From: Octopus vulgaris
Lineage: Eukaryota
Assembly (NCBI GenBank): GCA_951406725.2
Contig: OX597827.1
Span: 59,210,001-59,274,000, forward strand
Length of the DNA stretch: 64,000 bases
Reading direction: 5' to 3'
Shown here: one piece after another, positions 52,913 through 64,000 of the stretch
Layout of the letters: every line of letters starts with the position of its first letter
Position numbering within the stretch: position 1 is the first letter of the stretch
Notes under the pieces: generated by a model
The model's database searches: none
What the model saw: only the letters and a program-made list of their open reading frames with translations
Told to the model about the DNA's origin: nothing
Position numbers and translations under genes: made by a program

Positions 52913-55900
52913 ACTACATAGAGAAAGAAAACTTATAGATACCTTTCTAATCATGTTTTTATCAACATCATCGTCACTTCTATCATCTTCACTTTCATCA
53001 TCATACCACCACTACAACTACTGCCACCATCATCACTAAGACTCCTGGTTGTCATCATTGTTACTCTCTTCTCCCATTCTCATCATGCTTCATGTCCATG
53101 CTTAGATTAATTACTGGTATCATAGTGTCTTGTGAGATGATATAATAAAAATATTACCATCTGCCTGATTATTTTTCTAGTAAAAAGGGTAACAAGAGTT
53201 TTGGTGTTGATGCCTTTCCATAGTCCTTGATGTTCTGTGTGAAATTAAATAATTCTATTGAGGAATCAAATTTATCCACTTGAAAGTATTTTATTTGATA
53301 CGTAATTATAAGGTCACCAGAGAAAGGAAATGAAAAATAATGGAAATAAAATAAAAATAAGCAATTACCATCACAGTAGCATCTTACCATGTTCAAGGCA
53401 TTATGTATTTCTTTGTTGTCTTTCTTCTAAAAGATATTTGTCCGAAATATAGAATAATCCACTGGACAAAAAAGGACAAAGTGACACAGATCCTGGAAAA
53501 TGGAGAGTCTCTTTCAATGGGATGTATTCTATAGCTAGAAAACCTACTAAAGACTGTCCTCTCTATATAGAGTATACTCTATATCTAAGTGTAGCTACAG
53601 AAGTGTTTATATACTAGAATTTTTGTAGCTATTCTTATATAAACATTTACTTACAGAAATCTTATGAAGACTTTAACTGAACTAAGATAAAAATTATAAT
53701 TACTTATTACTAATTTTTGGGGGACTTTTTGTGTTTAATTGACACGGTTTTAAGCTGGAGTTGGAAGAAAACTTCTCATCATTTATTGTAACCAGTTGTT
53801 TAACACTTTTGATACAAACCCATGTGTAAGTGGCCCTGGTTCTTGCTTTAAAGCGATCTAAATTAAAAATTTTATGTTAATTTATGCTTCAAGCATCAGC
53901 TTAATGACAACAGTTATTTTACTTCAATTATTTTCAAAATTAATTGAAATAAATAATGTGTATTTCAAAGAAATATGGAAATAAATGGGTTAAGTTACTT
54001 AAAAATCTTGACTCTTGGCTCTCTTTTACTATTGGCTGTATATTGTACTCCAGTGCAAAATATATCAACTGCACAATAGTTTAAAGGGGACAAAAAGAAA
54101 AAATAACCATTTGGTTATTTGACCTACTAGGAATAGCAGCAAAATTCCCTCCAACCACACTGTGTGTTGGAAAAAAAGAAATTTGACACATTGGATAATG
54201 TAGCTCAATGAACCCATGAATACTAACCTGGAGTTAAGCAACAATATACCAGTCATATTTGTCTTGGTCTAATGAACTTCTTTCTCCTTTGTTAACCTCC
54301 ATTGCATCAGACAGCATGTTAAGTAAATCAATGTTTCTCAACCTTGTTAATTATTTTGTATATAAGCTCACTCAACCATGAGATAAGCTGAGAGCCAGGC
54401 TTATTAGATATGGTAGCTGAGTATATAGAATGTTGTTTCATTCCTAAAGATACAAACAACACAGTTGTCTACAACATTTTTGAATCTTGAAAAGCATTTC
54501 TTCATAAACTTTATTCTATTTGCCCCAGTTAGTCTCAATAGAAAAAAAATTCACATTCATTTCCACATCATGCACGAGTGGTTTGTGTGGGACAAACACC
54601 TGGTTTTATTAAGAAAAACGTAAATATAGGAAACAATTGCTCTACTAAGTTATAGAAATGCCTAAATCTACAGAAGCTTATAAATTACTCTTGCATGATG
54701 TAGTTGGAAATATTAAAATTTAGAAAACAGTTTCCAGTGATATGTCTTCAAGGAACCAACCTCCAAGACTGCAGTCCTAAAAAAAAAGCTACATCATTTT
54801 AAAGGGTCCTCCTATATTTATCATTTGTCATTTCTTTTTTTTTTTTCTAGTTAACTGTGATGCTGGAACCCAAGGAGAAAACTTCAACACTATTTCACAC
54901 GTCATAAATTTATCTGTGCCACCAAACAAGGTCAATTTGTCTGAAAAGACCCTTAATGGCATTAACCAGCAGGTGAACTCTTCTCTCACTGCATCACCTG
55001 TCTCCAACAGTAATTACTCAACAGGTAATTGCAGGCAAACGTTGCCCTCAGTACCTCACCCCACCTCAGCTTTATTGTGACATTAGGCAATTTTAAGCAA
55101 ACTCTACCGTTGATATTCTGCCTGCTCTCAATAAATTGATTGTTAGTAAATTCTGCCTTTGTACTTGTTATTGGCAGTTGTTGGCAAACACCTCCCTCAA
55201 TACCTTATTTGTTATCATTAGCATTAACAGTACCTGTATAATATTGAATAGCTTTGCTCCCATCATTGCTACTATATTAGAGTTCATGACCTCTTTTCCT
55301 CTCACTTCTCCCCTATTTTGTTGTGCTCATTTTTTCACTTGCTTAGTTCAAGCTTGGGTTGAAAATTTCATAGATATAAACATCCACTCTAACACTCACA
55401 TCTTGTTCTTACTATTAACCATACTAAATTTGTTACAACTAATCTTACTGAATGAATTTTTTCTTTATTGGGAATCACTTGAATGGGAAATCCATTACCT
55501 TCATCAATCATTTTGATTTTTTTTTTTAAATGATATAACACTTCATGGCAACCCTATCTACACCTGATATTATCACTCATTATTCCTCATTCACATTTCT
55601 TCATCCTCAAAGTTCAACATGGAAAATACTGTACGTGCCCATTTCTGCTGCTACTGCATTCAAGCAATGTATCCCAAATGCCTCTGAAAACAACAAAGAA
55701 AAAAATCAGCTCTTCAACCTCATCTCACACACAGGAATCTGTCCTGAAATTTGACACCAAACAATTGCTTCACTCTCCATGTGATTGTCAGTAGAGTGTT
55801 TGACTAAATTAGATCTACTTGGGGTATTAACAGCTCTCAACCCTCCCTACAAAAAAACAAAAACAAGGACCTTGGGTTGTGCTACTTTTTCTCTGAAATC

Positions 55901-56423
55901 CAAAAGGAACTATATGTTAGTCTTTTAGAGCAATGCTTTCTCAAGTTTCCTATTCTTGCTTAGGCAATTCATTGAAGGTTAAGTTAATGAATAATCTTCT
56001 GATGAAACTGGAACAGACAGAAGTGATGAAAGATGATCTCAGGATGCTGAGCCTCACAAAGGCATTGACAAAATGATGATGATGATGATTGCAGAGATGC
56101 TATGCCAAACTGTGTTAACTTGTAAAAGCAGACATTAAAATGATGATGATGATGACAATATGATGGCCTGTCACAACAACAATAAAGAAAGAGAAAGTGT
56201 TCTAGATTCTATCTCAATCATTTCACTTGATGCATTCATAATTTTATACGACTAGTTTTTACCAAAAACAACAGCTTTAAAATTTAATTCTCTTTAAACT
56301 GGTTATTATATATTTTTGTCATTGCTTAACAACTCTTCTGAAGATTTCAAAGTATATGATGTGTTGTACACTCAGTCCTGGACAGTTATCTTTTATCATT
56401 GATCTCAATTCATGGCAGGGCCT

Positions 56424-56458
<35 letters not shown>

Positions 56459-58674
56459 TTAAAATTTGTTTTCCATGCTGACATGGGCTGGATGGTATGA
56501 CTGGAGCTGGTAAGGGACTGCACCAGGCACCATTGTCTGTTCTAGCATGGTTTCTGTGACTGGACACCCTTCCTAACACCAACCACTCCACAGAGTGTAC
56601 TGTGTGCTTTCTATGTGGCACAAGCACCAGTGTTTTTAACAGGACACCAGCATGAGTACTTTTTATGTGACACCAGCATCGGTTTCAACTCTGCTGTGGT
56701 AGTCAGATATTTTTGAATACAGCAATGTACCACTTATCTCAGTCCTTGGTCATCTCCTTCATAAGGCTCAGTGTCTTCAGATTAGTTTTCAATATACCTT
56801 CACTAAATTTTATACTGGATCTGAGTAGACCCTTGTTTTGTATTCTCACGACTTACATATATTTTGATGTTGGTGATTATATATTTGTGCATCCCCACTA
56901 GGTAAACTGGATTTACTAAGCCTGATGAGTGCAATTGTCATGGTAATTAATATTATAAGAGTTCATTCCTTTGGAAAATGAACTGAGGTGATGAAAAAAA
57001 ATCCAAAAAACTCAAAGTGATCAGAGATCAAAATACCTAGTTACATCAGGCTGGGAACAATACATCAGAAACAAAACTAAACATTCAGAAACTGAGAAAT
57101 AAAAAAAAAAACAACTATAAAATGTACAAACAAAAAGAATGTGTCCTACTTAAACCAAACACACTGTCTTAGAAATCTCTACAGGAAATGAAGAAGAACA
57201 TTAATGACTTCAACACCATCCCCACTCTGTTGCATGTATCGTTTTATTCCATTACTACACTTCAACAAAAATTAGCAAACTAGGTCACTGAGAACACCTC
57301 TGTACTGTCTCTCATCCTGTAAGATGATATGTTCAGATTTCCTTCAGATTGCTTGCTATGATCTTAGGAAAAAATAAAAATGAGAAGATACATTTGATTT
57401 AATCGCTGAAAATTTATGACAAATACTCCCATCACTATCACTATCATCATCATCATCATCATCATCACCATCATCATCACCAGCATCATCATCATCCAGT
57501 TTAAGGTTCACTTTTCCATGCTTCTTTAGGTCAGACCGGATTTGTTGAGGCAAATTTCGCATGGTGGGATGTCTTTTTTGTTGCCAACCCTTACCTGTTT
57601 CCAAGCAAGGTAAAAGTTCCCTATTGGCCTAACATGCTTTCACAGAAGTCTTAAATGAGCGACTTCACTTGTATAATGGTAACACTCATTTATAATTTTC
57701 CTATGATGTCAAGGAAAATACACACTCACAGGCCTCTTTCAAATTCTCTCTATCAAATTCACTTACAAGCATTTGGTTGGCCCAAGCCTATAGTAAAAGA
57801 CACTTGCTCCCAAGATGCCTCACAGCCATCCATACATCTGCAAAAAGACAAAAAGATGGTGTGACCATGGTGGAATGTCTTCTGGATTATGGCTGACCTG
57901 AGCTAAACAACTTCGGATAATATAGTCCTTGAAGACCTACATACACTAAATAATCACTAAAAGGAAAACTTTTATAATAGATCTGTTGAATTAGAGCTGA
58001 CACAAGGTTAAATGAGTAAGGACTCCCAGCCTTGAAGCATTGAAGAAATAAATCCATCTCAGATATCTCTATAGTGACCACTGCTACAGTTTTTGACCAT
58101 ATAAGAACTAATTAAATAACAAGTTAACTAACCTGCTCTGTTTGTAATACTAACAGTACATTCCTCAAAACAAATAACCGACTAACAATGTTAAGATGGG
58201 GTTTCACACCAAACTAAAGCATGAGAGGTACAGTATGCTACACTTGGATATAACATGTGGCTTACTCAAGCAGGGCTGACTGAGAGTAATCGATGACAAC
58301 CAATAAGACATGTAGGGTTTGTCATAAGCCCTAGAACTCATAAGTTTAGGGCTTAATATCTGGTTTCCATTGTATATAAGTGAGTGACATTACAATATTC
58401 CCTTCTGGTCTGTCACAGAGTTAACTTCCTAGCTATTGCTAGAACTCATTTACAACTAAATGGATTAGGATTAGATTAGATTGCCTATGTTCAGTCCACT
58501 TCAAGACTAAGACCTCAGCATGTTCTCTCCACCAACCATGGTCCGATGTGGAGGCCTTGAATTTGTGCTTAAGGTCATACTGGTTCAACAAGCCTACTCT
58601 GTCACACTGGCTCAACATATCTTGGCAGGGGGGTGCAGTTTTTAATCTCTCAACAAAAAGTTGTCACTGATATC

Positions 58675-58711
<37 letters not shown>

Positions 58712-59258
58712 CAGTACTCAGCTGCTACTAATTTTATTGACCCCGAAAGGATGAAGGGGAAAGTCGGCCTCAGCAGAATAGGATATAGAGACACATGAAA
58801 TGAAATGTCTTGCTCAAGAACACAATGTTCCTCCTGGCCCAAGAATCAAAGCCATGAACTTACAGTTGTGAGTACAACAGCCTGACCCCTAAGCCAGATG
58901 CCTTCAATAAGGCATATGAACCCAGTTTTATTCCAAAACACCTAATATATATATATATTAAGCAGAGTTTCTACAGCTGGATGCCCTTCCTAACGCCAAC
59001 CACTCCGAGAGTAAAAAGCACCCACTACACTCTCGGAGTGGTTGGCATTAGGAGGGGCATCCAGCTGTAGAAACTCTGCCAAATCAAGGCTGGAGCCTGG
59101 TGCAACCATCTGGTTCGCCAGCCCTCAGTCAAAATCGTCCAACCCATGCTAGCATGGAAAGTGGACATCAAACGATGATGATGATATATATATACATCGT
59201 CAATGTATCCTATATCTGAGAAAGAAGCACGCTCTAAAACATAGAACAGTAATGTGTT

Positions 59259-59414
59259 TATATGTAGTTAAGTCTATATTCAGTCATAGAGCGACCAGTG
59301 GTTTTGCATCCAAAAAGGGCTTGGACCCATGGGTGAGACGTCCATTGGGCTAAGTCCTTTGTTGATGCAAAAATATTGGTCACTCTGTGACCAGACATAG
59401 ACTTAACTACACAT
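59259..59414. repeat. Fold-back palindrome / MITE
   Basis: tgtagttaagtctat...gtcatagagcgaccagt...ttttgcatc ... gatgcaaaa...attggtcactctgtgac...atagacttaactaca. Confidence 0.78.
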
Positions 59415-59741
59415 ACACACATATATATATAATACCATCTACCTGTTGATGTGATTGCATTCTTCTGTCCCTGCTTTACTTTCTGTTTCAGTGATTTGCT
59501 TCAGTGTTTGTTCCCCTGTTCTTTTTTTTTATTTTTTTAGGAGGGGTGGTTGTTGTTGTTTTTTTGTTGTTGTTTTTTTTTGCTTCTTCTCCGGATGATG
59601 TCAAAACACTTTGCAACTTAAATGTGTTCAAAGCAGTTGTTCTCCAAAGTTTGATTTCTTCTGGCTGCTCTCAGTTTGAAACATTTTTCTGCTATTTATA
59701 TCTGTACTCTTTTTTTCCCTCTCTCTTATTTTTTTTTATAG

Positions 59742-59893
59742 ATCATCCTCTTGTAGTTGTTGATGTCTCTAGTCAAACAGGAAGTGTGACACCTCACATT
59801 AGGCGGCGAACGGTTGGTGTTATTGACATGGGTGGTGGTTCCATGCAGATTGCCTTTGAGGTTACCAAAAGTGTGAAGTTTGATTTTACTAAG
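59742..59893 (+). CDS. ENTPD4/7: ENTPD4/7-like exon 5 (ACR4)
   Basis: tttttatAG| acceptor. RRRTVGVIDMGGGSMQIAFEV. Donor AAG|GTATTC, phase 0. Confidence 0.93.
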
Positions 59894-59905
59894 GTATTCC
59901 ATGTT

Positions 59906-59952
<47 letters not shown>

Positions 59953-60369
59953 CTTAAGATGGCAAGCTGGCAGAATCATTAGCGCACTGGGCAAAATGCT
60001 TAGTGGTATTTCATCTGCCGCTACATTCTGAGTTCAAATTCTGCCAAGGTCGACTTTGCCTTTCATCCTTTTAGGGTCGATAAATTAAGTACTAGTGAAA
60101 CACTGAGGTCAATGTAATCAACTAGTCCCCTCCCCCAAAATTTCAGGCCTTGTGCCTATAATAGAAGGGATTATTATTATCCTTATCATCATCAAGGCAG
60201 TGAGTTGGAAGTATCATTAGCACATCAAGCAAAATGCTTAACATTTCTTCTGGCTTTTACATTTTGAGTTGATCTATAGAGGTCAGTATAGTAGAACCTC
60301 AGTTTTTGAACAACCCTGATCACGAATAAATCGTACTTTATCTCCTGTCTTTCTCATATTCATTTAATA

Positions 60370-60660
60370 CAGTAGTACCTCGGTTTACAAACACCTGATC
60401 ACGAATAAATCATATATATCTATATCTAACTATATATATCAAAATTAACAAGTATATCCAGAGGTAATGCAGTACGATCGTTTCAAGCAACTCCATTTAA
60501 TTGAACAACGCAATCATTACATCAATTTAAAATGTAGAGCAATCTTCAGTTGCACAAAGACATAGAATTTAATTAAATTACAACAGGTGGACACAAAATT
60601 GTATGGATGATATTGTACTAAATTCTGGCACCTCAACTTAAGTACCATATTCATCTGAAT

Positions 60661-60698
<38 letters not shown>

Positions 60699-60734
60699 TG
60701 AGATTAGAGTTGTTCGAAAACCAAGGTACTACTG
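60370..60734. mobile_element. Tigger-like MITE shell containing a hammerhead-bearing repeat
   Basis: TA-cagtagtacctcggttt ... aaaccaaggtactactg-TA. Interior 60440-60665 is related to 29160-29375. Confidence 0.7.
60468..60554 (-). ncRNA. Putative type-I hammerhead ribozyme with canonical core and long stem II
   Basis: Minus strand reads UGCAa-CUGAAGA-[~58-nt hairpin]-GAA-ACGAUCGU-A-cUGCA. Confidence 0.55.
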
Positions 60735-61582
60735 TATATATAGATATAAGTAAATGAAGTCAGGAGGTATGGGATGAATATATTTATTTTACCAGTTGAT
60801 ATCTATATTATGATTGTTTCACAGCCAACATAAAGGAAAAAAAACAAACTATTTTAGTGTATAATAAATTAGTTTATATGGCTGCACCAGTGTATTTGTT
60901 TAAATTACATAGTGAGTGCCACTGGATTAGATAAATCCATATATTGTGCATCAAATTTTTATATATATATATATGTGCTGAGACCCCCTTCAGTCATGAC
61001 TGACCAAGGGATTGCACCTAGAAAGTTACCATCCCAGGCACAAGTCCGGGCAAGGTTGTTTTATGGGAGACCAGCAGTCGCCCATGTATACCGACCTCCC
61101 CTCTCCATGCCACCATTGTTATCCAAGGGAAAGGCAAAGGCTGATACAGCTTGGCACCTGGGACGTCGCAACTCATTTCTACAGCTGAGTGAATTGGAGC
61201 AACGTGAAACAAAGTATCTTGCTCAAGAACACAACATGCAGCCCGGTACAGGATTCGAACTCACAACTTCACGATCGTAAGCTTGATGATCTAACCACTG
61301 AGTCACACACTCAATGGTTATATAATATATTATATTAATGATTATATAATATTGGTTATATAATATATATATAGGGAGAGTTTACGAAAAAAACAAAAGA
61401 CAGATGGTGTACAAAAACAGATGTATTAGTATAATGCTCAGGAATAGAAAAAGACTTTTATGTTTCAAGCCTACGTTCTTCTACAGAAAGGGACACAGAA
61501 AAAACAAGGAGAGAAAAAAATGTGTATAGTGGCTAACGATCTATCATGGCGACTATATAAAATATATATATTTTATATGATA

Positions 61583-62100
61583 CAGTAATACCTTGCTTTA
61601 AAAGGACCCACTTTATGAGACCCTAGATTTACAAGTTTTATTTTTCATGCACAAGATCCAAACTTTGAATGAAGTGCAAACGTTTCTACTACAATAACAA
61701 ATGCTTGTGTGTGTTACTGAAAAATTTATAGTGAGCAAAAAAAAAAGCTTCTTCTAAACAAGCAACTCTAAACTTGTTTTAAAAAAGAAACCTACAAGTC
61801 CATCTATGAGTGCTTGTGAATCAGTGATTACATCCAGAAGTGATGATGCGCATGCGTCTAGTGCAAGTGAATGCAATTCAGAAAATGATCATAATAATAT
61901 TTCTTATTACTTTACATAAAATATTCTTTACATTCTACTGTTGTTTTATTGCCATTTATTAACGATTATTATAAATTTTACAGGTAAGATGTTTTTTCTG
62001 AGAATGAATTATGGTTTATAACATTACTATTATGGGAAATTATTGCTCTCCTTTATGAGTTTTTGCTTTACAAGCAGTCTCCAGGAACAAATTAATTTGT
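61583..62100 (+). mobile_element. Tigger/pogo-like non-autonomous element
   Basis: TA-cagtaataccttgcttt start; homologous to 40593-40939. Confidence 0.6.
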
Positions 62101-62156
62101 GTGTGTGTTATATCAATTTTAATCATTTTTTTCTCTCTTTCTATTATTTGTTATAG

Positions 62157-62317
62157 GAGGATTTGGCAAAAGACTTAATGGCAGAATTTAATCTTGGCTG
62201 TAGAAGTTTTGATCTTGACCACAACTACCAACTTTATGTATCTACTTTTCTGGGTTTTGGGGCCAACTCTGCTCGTCGGCGTTATGAAGAAATGTTGCTA
62301 AACGATGGGACTAACAG
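62157..62317 (+). CDS. ENTPD4/7: ENTPD4/7-like exon 6
   Basis: ttatAG|GAG acceptor (NAGNAG). EDLAKDLMAEFNLGC...LYVSTFLGFGANSARRRYE. Donor CAG|GTGTGT, phase 2. Confidence 0.93.
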
Positions 62318-63528
62318 GTGTGTAGATATTTATCTCTACCTGTCTGCATTACCAATATTGTGCAACACACCAATTAATCCTGATTCCTTGTTCAGTGAAG
62401 TTTGTCAGTTTTTGATAAGTTAGTATGCTGTGGGGGGAAAAGGGGATACTGATCTTTCATTTGAAACAAAATAATTCTTTCCAGAAAAAGAAATTGTTTT
62501 TTTTTTTTATTTCAGTCAACCCTGAAATACCTTCTCCCTCCTCTTCCCTATCTTTTCCTCCCCCAACATGTAAGGACTTATCCAAACTTTTAATTTTTGC
62601 CAAAGCAGACCAAAACCAGTTTCCTTGACTTTAGTCTTTTTTGCACAAATTTTTGGGAATCTTGTTGGAAAATTAAAAATTTTTTCCTTATGCTGTTATT
62701 AATTTCAGGTTAAGCCTGATTGGATATTCATCATCATACGTTTAACGTCATCTTTCCATGCTAGTATGGGTTGGACGATTTTGACTGAGGGCTGGCGAAC
62801 CAGATGGCTGCACCAGGCTCCAATCTTGATTTGGCAGAGTTTCTACAGCTGGATGCCCTTCCTAACTCCAACCACTCTGAAAGTGTAGTGAGTGCTTTTT
62901 ATGTGCCACCGGCATTGGGGCCAGTCAGGCGATACTGGCAATGACCTCGCTGAAATCCTTTTACACATGCCACCAGCACAGGTGCCAGTAAGGCGACGAT
63001 ATTGATCAGGCAAATTATCAAACACATTAAAATCATAACCATACACTCTTTTTAGAGAGTATTGTTATGATTTGAATGTGTTAGATCTTTTCTACATTAG
63101 TCGGATACCCTGTGTGGTAGTTAAGAAATTTGCTTTCCAACTACATGGTTTGGGGTCCAGTCCCAATGTGCAACAACTTGGGCAAATGTCATCTGCAATT
63201 GCCTCAGGTTCACTAAATCTTTCATCAACATTTAACATCCACCTTCCATGCAGGCATGGGTTGGACGGTTTGACACACACAAGCATACATTCACCAACAC
63301 ACACACACCCACACATATTGCAGGCTTCTTTCTGTTTCATCTATCAAATCCACTCACAAGGGAGTAATCGACTCAGGGCTATAGTAGAAGACACTTGCCC
63401 AAGGTGCCCTGCAAACTTCTTAACCACACCTATGCCTATTAACCCAGAAAAAAAAGGAAATTGGTCAGTAACAGCAGTATATATTTAAACTTTGTATCTT
63501 TATTTTATTTTTTTTTTTATCCTTTTAG

Positions 63529-63853
63529 CTCTCAAGGCTTTGACAAACTGAGCCCTGTTCCTGACCCTTGTCTTCCATTGGGACTACTCTATACTTCTGC
63601 AACCAACACTCAACAAAAGACCTTTTTCATTGGGCTCGGTGACTATGCACTGTGCCGCAGGAACCTCTTTCCCCTGCTCAATGTCACTGTCCCCTGTCAG
63701 AAGAAACCCTGCTCTATGAACGGTATTTACCAGTCAGACATAAACTTCCACAACAGTGAATTTTATGGCTTCTCAGAGTTCTGGTATTCCATGGAAGATG
63801 TCTACCGCATTGGAGGGCACTATAATGCTGACATATTTGACAAGATCTCAATT
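63529..63853 (+). CDS. ENTPD4/7: ENTPD4/7-like exon 7 (gene continues past the window)
   Basis: cctttt AG| acceptor. DPCLPL...SMNGIYQSDINFHNSEFYGFSEFWYSMEDVYRIGGHY. Donor ATT|GTATGT, phase 0. Confidence 0.93.
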
Positions 63854-64000
63854 GTATGTTGGACAATTTCTTTCTTCTTTATTTTCTGTCTTCTGTCTTT
63901 TTTTTTTTCTTTCATTTTATGTAACAAGTGATGAAGTAGGAGTGGTAGTACTGGTAGGGTGTTGGACAAAATAACATGCAGCATTTGTGTTAGCTGTGCA

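Noticed and set aside
55136-55760. 126-aa hydrophobic ORF / possible retroelement remnant
   Set aside because: Composition reflects T-rich DNA and only one vague motif is present; insufficient to call.
56922-56990. CTGATGAG hammerhead half-core
   Set aside because: No stem II followed by GAAA...UH at a workable distance.

Overview
AT-rich, repeat-dense metazoan genomic DNA. The SINE repertoire and (TA)n/(CA)n microsatellites suggest an octopus or other cephalopod (inference, not verified). Two spliced protein-coding genes point away from each other. (1) Minus strand: the first two coding exons (2224-2065, 468-364) of an N-terminally anchored membrane protein resembling DDRGK1/UFBP1. (2) Plus strand: an ENTPD4/ENTPD7-type GDA1/CD39 apyrase (UDPase) with seven phase-compatible coding exons, from an 8-nt ATG segment at 12169 across a ~31.8-kb first intron to 63853, continuing beyond the window. 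Nearly all other ORFs in the track are microsatellite or SINE artefacts. The rest is tRNA-derived SINEs, MITEs and fold-back palindromes, and mariner, Tigger, RTE, R4 and probable Penelope remnants. Most notable: at least three distinct dispersed repeat families each fold into a minimal type-I hammerhead-ribozyme architecture with a palindromic stem III, one carrying the compensatory G3:C8 core swap and sitting back-to-back in palindromes. Also notable is a near-intact DD39D-like transposase with DD39E spacing inside hAT-type termini next to the minus-strand gene's promoter. All structure and family calls were made by eye.
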